Origin: Eledone cirrhosa
Taxonomy: Eukaryota
Direction: 5' to 3'
DNA length: 64,000 nt
Assembly (NCBI GenBank): GCA_964016885.1
Contig: OZ024743.1
Span: 158,410,001 to 158,474,000 of the forward strand
The notes beneath the pieces were generated by a model. It saw only the letters and a program-made list of their open reading frames with translations. It did not search any database and was not told where the DNA came from. This document shows, piece after piece, positions 13,761 to 26,060 of the stretch (its first letter is position 1; each line of letters starts with the position of its first letter). The position numbers and the translations under genes are program-made.

Positions 13761-16700
13761 TTGAGAGTTGGCTATTTGAATGCGCGTGGCCTGGGCTCAG
13801 CTTGGAAGCAAGCAAAGCTTCTAAGTGACCTCAGGTCACGAAGTATAGATGTGATGGTTGTTTGCGAGAATCGGATCAGCAGCGTGCGACAGCTGGCTCC
13901 CGCCTTCGATGACTTTGAGATGCACGCATCTCTCTGTCAACCCGGAGGCGGGGGTGGGGTTGCCGTACTGCTGGATAAACGTCTGGCTCTCGACGTACAG
14001 ATTGTTCACTCGGACCCGGAGAGGGGGGGTCGATTACTGGTGCTGGACGTCGGAGGCGATGAAGGCGGGGCTTTCAGACTGGTCGGTCTTTATGCCCCCT
14101 TCGGGGCTGAAAGAGCCGACTTCTTCCAGCGTCTGGAGACTTTTCTAGGAACGTCGCGTTCCCTGCTTTTAGTGGGGGACTGGAATGGAATCCTAGATGC
14201 ACGTTGGGACTATGCAGGGGCATGTCCCGATAGAGGGGGGTGTAGCAGCCTCAAGGGGTTACTCGATCGATTCGACCTGGTCGATAGATTTCGACTAGAT
14301 TTTCCAACTGTGCCAACCTGGACCTGGGAAAACTGCAGTGGTCAATCTAGATCGTACCTAGTTGTCCAGAATTGCTCATGGTTGGCTATTCAGATCACAA
14401 ATTAGTGACCTGCGTGGTCAACCTTGATAGAACGCATAGACAGGGTCCCGGTTACTGGAAGATGAACTTGTCCTTGCCGGCAAAGGAAGCTTACAGGAAC
14501 CGGATTAGTAGCTTAGTTAACATGCGGTTGACGGGAGCGATCGTCAACAGCAGGTGGTGGGTATCTCTAAAGAGAGAGATTAGAGTAAGTTCGATAGGTT
14601 ACAGTAAGGAACTAGCGGCGAATAGAAATAGGAGGGAAAGGGAGTTAACAGATAAACTAGAAGAGGCGATTAGGAGCGGAGACGTGGCCAGAGTGTTAGC
14701 GTCGAGAACGGCGTTGAGCCAGTTCTTTGACGCGAAGCAGGAAGGCTGCGTTGTCCGAAGTAAAATACGTGCTTTAGGAAACGAGGGGACCAAAGCTGTT
14801 AGCTGGGCCCGCGTGACAGAAGCCAAGAGTGGGATTAAATCCACCATTCGGTCTTTGCGAGACCAGGATGGACGGGTGATCCTTGAACCTGAGCGGATGT
14901 GCGAGGCTTTTCAAAGGAACTTTGCTCGACTGTTCGGAGGGGGCGGGGGGCCGGACGGGGATGTAGACTTCGGTCCATACCTCGACGGTCTACCGCGTCT
15001 TTCGAGCGGCGAAACGGAGTGCTGCGAAGGGCCAATCACAGCCACTGAAATCGGGGAAGCGCTCAGCCAATGCAGCAGACGCAAATCTCCGGGTCTCGAT
15101 GGTCTACCATACGAACTTTATTTAGCTATGCCGGTCTTGTTCTCCAAACTCCTCGAGGCTGTCTATTGCAACTGGCAACAGAACGGGAGAATTCCCTGTT
15201 CTGTGACCAAGGGCGTAGTCACGCTAGTGAGGAAGGACGAGAGCAAGGGGGACGACTTAAGTAACTTTAGGCCCATAACTCTGCTGAATGCAGAGTTACA
15301 GATTTTGGCCAAGGTGTTGGCGAAGAGGTTGGCGCTTGTGGTGGGTGGTTTGGTGGGAGACGCGCAGACATGCGCTATCCCGTCCAGGTCCATTCACGAC
15401 AACCTCCACCTCATGCGATACATCGTAGAGAGGGTTGGGAACGAACCCGGCTTTGGTGGGGCCCTGATCAACTTGGATCAATCTAAGGCGTTCGATAGGG
15501 TCGACCATGGTTACCTGGATGCGGTGCTAGCGGCGGCGGGCTTCGGACCCATTTTCAGGGGCTGGATTTCTGCCATGCACAGTGGCAACGTCTGCTCTAG
15601 GATTAAAGTAAACGGCTACCTCTCGGAGCTGTTTCAAATCACCCAGTCCATCAGGCAGGGGTTCCCCCTCTCCTCCCTTCTGTACGTATTGACTCTCGAG
15701 CCACTGCTGCGGAAGTTGGAGTTGCTGCGGGGCATACCCCTGGAACCGGGATTGCACAAAGCGGTCTCGGCCTATGCCGACGACGTAACAGTAATGGTGG
15801 CGGACGCCTCGGAAATCGGGGCGATCGCCACCCTACTGGAGGAATACGGAAGGCTGACGGGGGCTAGGCTGAACCGGGACAAGTCAGTCGGCTTGCAACT
15901 CGGAACGTGGAGGGGCAAACCGATGCCGTTAGACGGTGTCGTCGGGCGGTGGACGGAGGGCCCGGTTAAGCTGCTCGGGGTCTGGTTCGGACCGGACCTC
16001 CAGGTGGAGAAGAATTGGGGCGAGGTGACGAGCAGGGTGTTTGCGCTGACCCAGAAGTGAGCCAAGTGCAAACTATCACTGAAAAGTCGGGCGGAGGTGA
16101 TGAACGCTTACATAGCATCCGTCATCTACTACCGCCTAACCGTCGTGCCTTGCCCCAAGGAAACGCTCACCATCAAGGAGCGCATGCTCTTCCAGTTCTT
16201 CTGGAAGAAGCGGCCTCCCATGGTGAGGAGATCCATCTGCTGCCAGCACCCTTCGAAACGAGGGCTGGGTATGCCGTGGCTGTTGATGCGTAGGCACGCA
16301 TTGAGGCTACGGCATCTACAGGTATTCCTCACCGGTCAGCCGGTGTGGGCCCTGTTTGTGAGGCGAGCCTTCCCACAGCTCGTCTCGCTCACTGAGCTGC
16401 AATCCTGGGTGAAGCAAAGACCGAGAAAACTGGGCAACTGGCACACCGAGTGTGCCCAGGCGCTCACGGCTCTCTGGCAAGTGGACCCGACTGTCAGTGG
16501 AGAATCCACCTCGACATTCTATTGAGGGCTGGTGGCTAGCAGGAGCGACGACACCCTTGGAGAGTCGCTAGGCATGGAGGAGGACGAACTGGCCAGCCTG
16601 TTCGGTAGGACTTTCGGCTCGGGACCCATGGACAACTTCCAGAGGTCCCTAGCCTGGCAGTGCTACCGGGGGGCTACCCGTCGAGAAAAGCTCTACAGAC

Positions 16701-17152
16701 ACGGGCGCCCGGGCAGGGATCCCGCGAAAAAGATCTGTCCCAGATGCATGCGCGACGAGGAAACCGTTGCGCATGCACTGGTACACTGCCCGGGCGTTGC
16801 CGATCTGTAGGGCTACGTCGAACGACTGCTGTCGCGTGTGGCGCCGATTCGATTGACCGCCGAGTCTGTGGTGAACATCAAGCCGCCTCCTCCCTTCAGA
16901 AATGAAGCAGAGGCGGTCTTTCTGTGCGTAATAGCCATGATGAAAGAGGTTGTGTGGTGGACGCGCCTGAAAGGTCTGAGGTCGGGTGACTTTCTCTCCG
17001 GCCAACACCTGGTTTACTTCTTCCGATACCACTTCGGAAGAAGGATCAGGATGGAGAGAGAAGTGCTTGGCCCCAGACAGTTTTATGAAAGGTGAGTGAA
17101 AGAAGCGAGAATGGCTCGTGTAAATGGGCCTTCTCTCTACATTGTTCTGTAG
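13761..17152 (+). pseudogene. Tx1 ORF2 (APE endonuclease, reverse transcriptase, C-terminal CCHC), disrupted
   Basis: LNARGL, VCE, GGGVAVLL, GLYAP, VGDWNG and SDHK (APE); IRQGFPLS and AYADD (RT). A short deletion/frameshift near 14360 removes the RLD-region residues present in copy 5. Stops at 16058, 16808 and 17093. Confidence 0.9.
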
Positions 17153-17439
17153 GTGAAGAAGTGAAGAGGAAAGGGGGAGCACCTCCTCTCTGGGCTTCCT
17201 CTGCGAAAAGGGTTGCACACTTTTCGGGGGTATGTGCAATCCCCAACACACCCCCTCCCTTTTGAGGACTTTTTATTATTATATTATTCTTATTGTTATG
17301 CCTTTTTCTTTACTCGCATTTATGTAAACTCCCCCCTGTGTATTTGTCCCTTTCTCTTGTGCCCTAGTGGCAAATAAAGAAATATATCTATCTATCTATC
17401 CCTCCATCCATCCATCTATCTATCTATCCAGCCATCCAA

Positions 17440-18969
17440 GATGGTCTACCCTATGAGTTTTACATAGGTATGCAAGACTTGTTCTCTGGCATCCTCGAAG
17501 TGGTCAACTGCAACTGGCAGCAGAACGGGAGGATTCCCAGTTCTGTAGGCAGAGGCATAGTAACGCTGATCAGGAAAGATGAGAACAAGGGGGATGCACA
17601 AACGTGTGCAATCCCAACCAGGTCTATACGCAACAACCTCCACCTCATGCGATACATCATAGAGAGGGTAGGGTGTAAACCTGGCCTCGTTGGGGCTCTG
17701 ATCAATTTAGATCAGTCTAAGGCATTTGATAGGATCGACCATCAATACTTAGAAGCAGTTCTCAAGGCAGCTGGCTTCGGTCCCATCTTCAGAGGCTGGA
17801 TCGCTGCCATGCACACCAGCATCTGCTCGGCAGTCAAGGTGAATGGCTACCTATCGGAGCCATTCCAAATCATGCGTTCCATCCGTCAGGGGTGCCCTCT
17901 CTCTTCCATTCTGTATGTACTGACTCTCGAACCATTACTGCGGAAGTTGGAGCTGTTGCAGGGTATCCTGATGGAACCAGGACTGCGGAAAGCAGCGTCG
18001 ACCTATGCCGACGACATAACCATAATGGTGTCGAAAACCTCGGACATCGGGGTGATCGGCAACCTATTACAGGAATACAAAACATTGACAGGAGCAAGAT
18101 TAAACCCAAACAAGTCTGTCAGTTTACAGCTCGGCACATGGAGAAGCAAACCCATGTCTTCTGACAGTGTCGTTGGACACTGGACGGAAGGACCAGTGAA
18201 ATTGCTCAGGGTCTGGTTTGGTCCAGACCTCCAGGTGGACAAGAACTGGAATGAGGTCACGGCGAAGGTGTTTGCACTCAGCCAGAAGTGGGCTGAGTGC
18301 AAACTCTCCTTGAAAGGTTGAGTGGAGGTGGCGAACACTTACATAGCATCCGTCATCTACTACCGCTTGACAGTTATGCCTTGTCCCCGCGAATACCTCA
18401 CCAAAATGGAACGCCTACTCTTCAAGTTCCTCTGGAAGAAACAGGCTCCATTGGTGAGGAGATCCATATGCTGTCAAAACCCTTCTAGCGGAGAGCTGGG
18501 CATGCCTTGATGATGCACAAACACACACTGAGGCTACGCCATCTCCAGATATTCCTGACCGGCGAACCGGTGTGGCTGTCGTTTGTGAGACGAGCTCTTC
18601 CACAACTCATCTTACTAACAGTCCTCTTACTGCAGTCCTGGGTCAAGCAAAGACCGAATATGGGCACCTGGCACCTCAAATGCCTTCAGGCACTCATAGC
18701 CCTCTACTAAGCGGAAACAGCAATCAGCGGAGACTCCACTTCGACATTCTATAGGGGATTAGTGGAGGATAAGTGTGACAATGTTCTCGGGGAAACTCTA
18801 GGCATCGAGGAAGATGAACTGACCAGTCTGTTCGTGAGGACTTTCCGTCTAGGGCCTATGGATAACTTCCAGAGGTCTCTGGCCTGGCAGTGCTACCGAG
18901 GAGCTCTACCAGTTCGAGACAAAATCTACAGGCACGGACGCCTTGGCAGAGATCCTGCTAAAAGGACCT
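17440..18969 (+). mobile_element. Tx1-clade LINE copy 4 (second subfamily), 5'-truncated, internally deleted, 3' end missing
   Basis: RT motifs in ORF 17470-18321 (IRQGCPLS, TYADD). Starts after an (ATCC)n tract and stops at GRDPAKRT, where it is fused to copy 5. Confidence 0.9.
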
Positions 18970-21900
18970 TTTCGCCAACTCTTCTCCACCAACATTGTAA
19001 ATCTACGAGTTGGAAGTGTGAATGTGTGTGGCATAGGGATGCCCTGGAAACAGGGATAACTTTTAAAGAACATTAGATCACACAGTATGGATGTGATAGC
19101 CATCAGTGAGTCCAGGATCCACAATAGGCAGCAACTAACCCCCATCTTCAATGACTTTGAGATCTACGCATCTCTCTGTCAGCCAGGAGGTTGAGGGGGA
19201 GTGACTGTTATGTTTCGAAAAAACCTGGACCTCGAAATACAGCAAATACACTTGGACTCGGAGGGTAGATTGGTGGTCCTAGACATGAACAGTGTTGGAG
19301 GTGGAGCCTTCAGACTGGTGGCCGTTTATACCCTGACTGGGACATCGCGGCCAGACTTCTTTAAACGACTAGAGTCTTTTCTGGGAATGTCTCGCTCCTT
19401 GCTTTTAATAGGGGACTAGTATGGTATCCTAGACGCACGTTAGGACTATGTAGGAACATATCTCAGTAGAGGGGAATGCAACAGCCTCAAAAATTAGGTA
19501 TTGACTAGATTTCCCGACTGCACCACAGTGGACATGGAAAAATTGCAGTGGGACATCTAGATTGTATTTAGATAGATTCTTAATTAAAGAGAGAGAGACA
19601 GGAAAATGTTAAGCTGTCCACAAATGTATATGGTTGCCTATTCAGACCACAAACTAGTCACCTGCATAGTCAACCATGATAGAATGCATAAACAAGGACC
19701 CGGATACTGGAAGCTGAACAAATCGTTACCGACGCATAAAGCCAAGGTAGAGGAGGTGCTTAGGAGTGGCAATGCAGCTAGGGTGCTAGCAACGAGAATG
19801 GCACTAGACCAGTTCTTCGATGCGAAACACGAAGGCTGCATGGTCAGGAGTAGATCACGTGCTATAGGAAACGAGGGAGCAAAAGCTGTTAGCTGGGCCT
19901 GAGTGACAGAAGCGAAAAGTGGCAACAAGTCCATGATTCAGTCTTTGAAAAACGGACACGTGCTACCTGATTCCAGGCAGATGTGCACTGCCTTTCGGTA
20001 TGGACTCCAAGTTCTGCGAAAGACCGATCACAGTCACTGAGATACGGGACGCTCTGGGCCGCTGCAGGAAATGCAAATCACCCAGTCTAAATGGTCTACC
20101 CTATGAATTTTACATAGGCATGCCGGACTTGTTCTCTGGCATCCTCGAAACCGTCTACTGCAACTGGCAGCAAAACGGGAGATTTCCCAGTTCTGTAGGC
20201 AGGGGCGTAGTAACACTGATCAGGAAAGACGAGAACAAGGGGGATGAGATAAGTAACTTCCGGCCCATAACTCTCCTAAACACAGAGTTAAAGATTTTGG
20301 CCAAGGTGTTAGCAACGAGGCTGGCGTTTGTCGTCGAGAACCTGGTGGGAAAAGCTCAAACATGTGCAATTTTGACCAGGTTCATACACGACAACCTTCA
20401 CCTCATGCGATACATCATAGAGAGGGTGGGGTGTAAACCTGGCTTCGGTGGGACTCTGATCAATTTAGATCAGTCTAAGGCATTTGATAGGGTCAACCAT
20501 CGATACTTGGAAGTAGTTCTCAAGGCGGCCAGTTTCAGACCCGTCTTTAGAGGCTGGATCACAGCCATGCATACCAACATCTGCTCAACAGTCAAGGTGA
20601 ACGGCTACCTATCGGAGCCATTCCCAATCATGCATTCTATCCGACGGGAATGCCCTTTCTCCTCCATCCTATACGTATTGACTCTGGAGCCACTACTGGG
20701 GAAATTGGAGCTGTTGCAGTGCATCCCGTTGGAACCGGGACTGTGAAAAGTGACGTCGGCTTATGCCGATGACGTGACAGTAATGGTGTCGAAAACCTCG
20801 GAAATTGGGGTAATTGGCAACTTACTGCAGGAATACGAAAGGATTACAAGAGCAAAACTCAACCCGGAAAAATCTGTCAGTTTGCAACTCAGAACGTGAA
20901 GAGGCAAACCGATGGCATACGACAGCATCGTCGGACTCTGGACGGAAGGACCGGTGAAATTGCTCAGGGTCTGGTTCGGTCTGGACCTCGAGGTGGAGAA
21001 AAAATTGGGACGAGGTCACGGCGAAGGTATTTGCGCTCAACCAGAAGTGGGCAGAGTGCAAACTATTCTTGAAAGGTTGAGTGGAGGTGGCGAACACTTT
21101 CATAGCGTCCGTCATCTACTACCGCTTGACTGTCATGCCTTGTCCCCGTGAATACGTCACCAAGATGGAACGCATGCTCTTCCAATTCCTTTGGAAGAAG
21201 CAGGCTCCATTGGTGAGGAGATCCGTCTGCTGCCAGCACCCTTCCAACGGAGGGCTGGGAATGCCGTGGTTGATGATGCGCAAACACGCTCTGCGGCTAC
21301 GGCATCTCCAGGTATTCCTCACCGGATAACCGGTGTGGGCCTCATTTGTGAGACAAGCCTTCCCACAACTTGTCTCGCTGACGGAGCTGCAGTCCTGGGT
21401 CAAGCGGATACCAAAGAAATGGGCGCCTGGCACATTGAATGCACTCAGGCGCTCACAGTCCTCTGTCAAGCGGGCACAGAAATTAGTGGAAACTCCACTT
21501 TACATTCTATAGTGGGATAGTACGACACAAGTGCAATGACGTGCTCGGAGAAACTCTGGGTGTTGAAGACGACAAGCTCATCAGTCTGTTCCGTAGGACT
21601 TTCCACCCGGGACCTATGGACAACTTCCAAAGGTCCCTGGCATGGCAGTGCTACCGAGGAGCTCTACCATGCGATAAGATCTACAGGCACGGGCGCCCCA
21701 GCAGAGATCCTTCTAAGAGGATGTGTCCAAGATGCGAGCGGGACATTAAAACCATCCTCCACGCATTTGTACACTGCCCGGGTGTAACAGACCAGTGGAA
21801 CTACGCAGAACAACTGCTGACGCGTGTGGGACAAATCCAGTTGACTGCCGAGTACATAGTAAGGATCAAACCGCCACCTTCATTTAAAAATGAAAGAGAG

Positions 21901-22377
21901 CCGGTTTTCCTCTGTATAGTGACTATGGTGAAAGAGGTTATATGGTGGACAAGGTTGAGAGGACTGAGGGCAGATGCCTTTATCTCCCTTCTTTAGGTAC
22001 CACTTTAGAAGGAGAATCAGAGTGGAGAGAGAGGTACTGCACCCCAGTAAATTTACTGAAAGGTGATTGGCCCTTCTCTGTATATGAACCTGTAAGTTGA
22101 AGAAGAGAGCAAAAGGAAGAAAGGAGCACTTGCATAACATGTTCCTGGAGTTGAGGGTTGTTCTATCTATGGGGTATAAAACAACCCATTTGTAACGCCT
22201 CCCCGCTATTGGGGATTTCGATTGTTGAATTTGTATGTTAACATTTTTTTACACGTCCCACCCTTGCAAGCAGGGAAGAGCAGACATAAAATGATGATGA
22301 TGATGATGTATGTAAAATCCCCGGCATGTCTTTGTATTGTCCCCTTTTCTTGTGCGCCTTTGTGGCAAATAAAGAAA
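18970..22377 (+). mobile_element. Tx1-clade LINE copy 5 (second subfamily), ORF2 and 3'UTR, decayed
   Basis: LRVGSVNVCG APE start near 19003, LLIGD, YSDHK, RT ORF 20000-20746, Zn-finger ORF 21541-21996. Its 3'UTR matches copy 1 and is followed by (ATCT)n at 22378-22445. Confidence 0.9.
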
Positions 22378-22762
22378 TATATCTATCAATTTATCTATCT
22401 ATCTATCCATCAATCCATCTATCCATCTATCTATCTATCAATCTTTCTTTCTTTTTTATTTCTTTCTTTCTTTCTTTCCCCTTCACTCTGTGTATGATAA
22501 TAAAACAGAAATAGCTGTAAAGATGGCAACTTAGATATTTTGTAATCATCAAAGAATCCTAGTTAAGCTTTGTTCCATTTGTTTTTGCCTTAGAATGTTT
22601 TTTATTTCTATTTTAAAGTCATAGTGTCTACTAAAAATATTTTTCATTTCTTTTTCTTCTTAAGTCTGAAATTGGACACAAGGATGAATCATGGACTGAA
22701 TTGAGAGGAAAATGCCACCATTTAGATCAGGTACATTTATGGCTTTTATTTGTTTTTTCATA

Positions 22763-22824
<62 letters not shown>

Positions 22825-22859
22825 TGTGTATATATATATATGTATATACATATATATAT

Positions 22860-23165
22860 AATCATCATCATCATCATTTAACGTCCAGCTTCCACACTAG
22901 CATGGTTTGGACGGGTTTGTCCCACTTGAGGCAAGATCGGTAGGGTGACCATGTCTCGCGTGTATAGAACTGTTTCTGGCAGGTTTTCTATGGCTGGATG
23001 ACCTTCCTGGTACGAACCACATTTACAGTGTGGACTGGGGGCCTTTTTACAGTATCTCTTATACAACAACTTTACAGTGTGGACTGGGTGCATTTTGTTG
23101 TGTCACCTACACAACCACTTTACGGTGTGGGTTAGATGTTCTGTGGTACCAACATAACTTTACAG
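22860..23165 (-). mobile_element. RTE-tailed SINE fragment with internal tandem units
   Basis: (CAT)n-TTAACGTCCAGCTTCCACACTAGCATGG and repeated ACTTTACAGTGTGGACTGGG units. Confidence 0.7.
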
Positions 23166-23269
23166 AGAAAGGGTGGTGTGGACGGAAGTGGGAGGATGGA
23201 GTAGGGGATGTTGCTGTTGTTGTTGTTAACTTGACTGTTACTTTATTTTATTGACTACAAAAGGATGAA

Positions 23270-23388
23270 ATTCCAAAATCAACATTGCCTTTCATCTCTC
23301 CAGGTTTGATAAAATAATGTGCTGGGGTCAATTTAATTGACTTCCCTCTCTCCTTCAAATTGCTGGCCTTGTGCCTATATAAGAAACA
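23270..23388 (+). mobile_element. 3' half of Deu/Nin-like SINE ending in (ATT)n
   Basis: GCCTTTCATC...TGATAAAATAA...GCTGGCCTTGTGCCTATATAAGAAACA then (ATT)n at 23389-23430. Confidence 0.75.
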
Positions 23389-23429
<41 letters not shown>

Positions 23430-23430
<1 letters not shown>

Positions 23431-23831
23431 TCAAGTTTCACTTGAAGAGGAAAATCAGGGTGGAGAGGCAAGTGCTGCCTTCTAGCAAGTTTGTTGAAAG
23501 GTGGGTGAATGTAGCGAGAATGGTCCGAGTGAACGGGACCGCTCTGTAGTTTGAGAGATGGAAAAATTGAGAGAGGGTGCTTGCCCTAGTGGTCAGGGTG
23601 GCCGTGGTCTTTTGTGTGGTTTTCGCCATGAGTAACCCTATTGGGGAATTTTTCATTGTTTCAGTTTTCATTTTTATTGTTTATATATATATGTTTCTAT
23701 GTCTTTTTTTCTTTTCTTATATAAATAATAAAAATATTTACACGCACAAAACCCACATCATACCGTCCTGTACCGTCCTGTGCCGTCTGTAATGTTTTTC
23801 TTGATGTCAGCCCTTGTGGCCAATAAAGAAA

Positions 23832-23833
<2 letters not shown>
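23430..23833 (+). mobile_element. Tx1 family B 3' fragment, flanked on both sides by (ATT)n
   Basis: FKFHLKRKIRVERQVLPSSKFVERWVNVARMVRVNGTAL* is homologous to the array ORF2 C-terminus. Ends CCCTTGTGGCCAATAAAGAAATC then (ATT)n. Confidence 0.9.
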
Positions 23834-23878
<45 letters not shown>

Positions 23879-23879
<1 letters not shown>

Positions 23880-26060
23880 TTTGAGTCTCAGTCATTGATG
23901 TTATTTAACTGGAAAGTCTGTTGAAATGAATATCAAGCCACTACCTGCAGCCTCAGATATTCAGGACGTATCGGAGGGTTCTTGCTGTTCCCAGCAAGCA
24001 TGCCTTTTGAAGTGTTCCAAAAAGCGGGGCGGGACCAATTTTCTTTAACCATCCTTGGAAACTTTTTGAGATAGTACCTAGTGCGCCTATGACAATCGGG
24101 ACCACTTTGACCTCATGGCAGTTCCAAATCCTTTTTACCTCCCACTTTAAGTCCTGGTATCGGTTAATTTTCTCTTGCACTCTTGTGTCGAATGGACAGG
24201 CTACATCCACAATCAGGCACAATCTTTTTCCCTTGTCCAAAACCACCAGGTCAGGTCTATTGTGTTCCAGTTTCTTGTCCGTCTGTATCCTAAAATCCCA
24301 CAGCACCTTCACCTGATCGTTTTCCATCACCAACTCTGGCTTATGCTCATACCACTTCTCAGAATGTGGTAAATTGTTTACTTTGCATAGGTGCCAGTGG
24401 ATCACCCTGCCCATCACATCATGTCTCCAGCCTTTACAGTGAGTCTGGGCTAGGTGTTTACACTTGGATACAATGTGAGCCACAGTCTCCTCTCTCTCTC
24501 CACAGATCCTACACAGTGAGCTAGCCTCATCCTTATAAATATGGTGTTTCAGCCACTTCGTTTTGAGGGCCTGCTCTTGTGCAGCCATTAGCATTCCTTC
24601 TGTAGCCTTTTTAAGGTCTCCTCTTTTCAACCAGTTCCATGTCTGTGGATCTCTAAATTCAGTTTTCTCAAAGAAGGCACTATGAAGGGATTTTTCATGA
24701 AGGTTGCTCTTTCTCCTTGTTGTTATTTCCTCCTTGGACATACCCTGGTCTATTGTCCTCTCCTTCGGTACAATTCTGAGCATTGGCTCCCTACTATCAG
24801 TCACGTATTTGTGCAGGTTGTTTTTCTTCATCTGAACACAGTCCTCTATGCTGATAAGACGTCTTCCACCTTCAGATCTCCTTAAGTAGAGTCTATCGAC
24901 ATCACTCCTTTTGTGGAACATGTTGTAGATAGTTAATAGCTTCCTAGTCTTCCTATCCATTTCTTTTTGTTCAGCAACATTCCATCTCAGAATTCCCATA
25001 CTGTACCTAATAATAGACACAGCTCGGGAATTTACTGCACTTATGGCATTCCTACTGTTCAGTTGTGACTTTAATACGCTCCTTACTCTCCTAATGTATT
25101 CAGATCTTATCAATTCCTACATTTGTTTGTTCTTGATGTCATCAGCCTCCAGAACACCTAAATATTTGTATCCCTCTTCAGTATAAATTTCCTTTATCAT
25201 CTCACCTGTTGGTACCTGGATTCCGTTGCTTCTGCTCAATTTACCCCTCTTCATCACAAGGACTCCACACTTACTAATACCAAATTGCATACATATATCA
25301 TTGCTGAAAATACGGAGTGTCAACAAGCACATCCAACTCCTTCTCACTCTTCCCGAAGAGCTTAAGATCGTCCATGAAGAGGAGGTGATTGATGGTAAGC
25401 TCTCCCTTTCCCAACTTGTATCCTGCTCTCACTTTTTGCAGTATAATGGTCAGGGGGATCAGGGCAAGGACAAACAACAGAGGGGATAAACTATCTCCCT
25501 GGAAGATACCTCTCTTGATCTTCACGCCTCCCAAGGATTCTCCACCCGATGTTAACTCTGTTTTCCAGAACTTCATACTTTTACTCAACAACTGTCTGAT
25601 GTTATCTGCTACCCTGAAGATCTCTAGGCTTTTGGTTATCCAAGAATGAGGTACCATGTCGAATGCCTTTTTGTAGTCTACCCATCCCATGGCAAGACCA
25701 GTGTGTCTCCTCCTGCAATTACTCATCACCATTTTATCAATAAGTAACTGGTCCTTTGTACCACGGGACTTCTTTTGGCATCCTTTCTGTTCGTCCGATA
25801 ACAAGTTGTTTATGTGGAGGTGATGGTAGATTTCCTCAGACACAATGCTTGTTAACAGTTCCCACATTACGGACAGACATGTGATAGGTCTATAGTTGGT
25901 AACATCATTACCCTTGGTTCGGTCTTTCATTACCAGAACTGTGTTACCTTTTGTCAACCACTCTGGTACCTCACCTGTCATCAAGCAGTCATTGAACATG
26001 GTTGTCAGTTTCGGGTGGAGGGATGTTATATTTTTAATCCAATACCCCTGCACACCATCC
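23879..26060 (-). mobile_element. R4/Dong-type non-LTR retrotransposon (RT plus restriction-like endonuclease), 5'-truncated, frameshifted
   Basis: NYRPITCL, DYKKAFDMVPH, GIFQGDSLSPLLF, HLLFMDDLKLF; CRIC...ETVAHIVSKC, WRHD, RPDLVV, DVACPFD, EKINRYQDL. Its 3' end abuts (TAA)n on its own strand. Confidence 0.9.

Larger units (their letters stand above)
11721..17382 (+). mobile_element. Tx1-clade LINE copy 3, full length (5'UTR, ORF1, ORF2, 3'UTR)
   Basis: Begins right after (ATCT)n at 11720. ORF1 has a CCHC knuckle; ORF2 has APE, RT and a Zn-finger. Ends CCCTAGTGGCAAATAAAGAAA then (ATCT)n. Confidence 0.95.
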
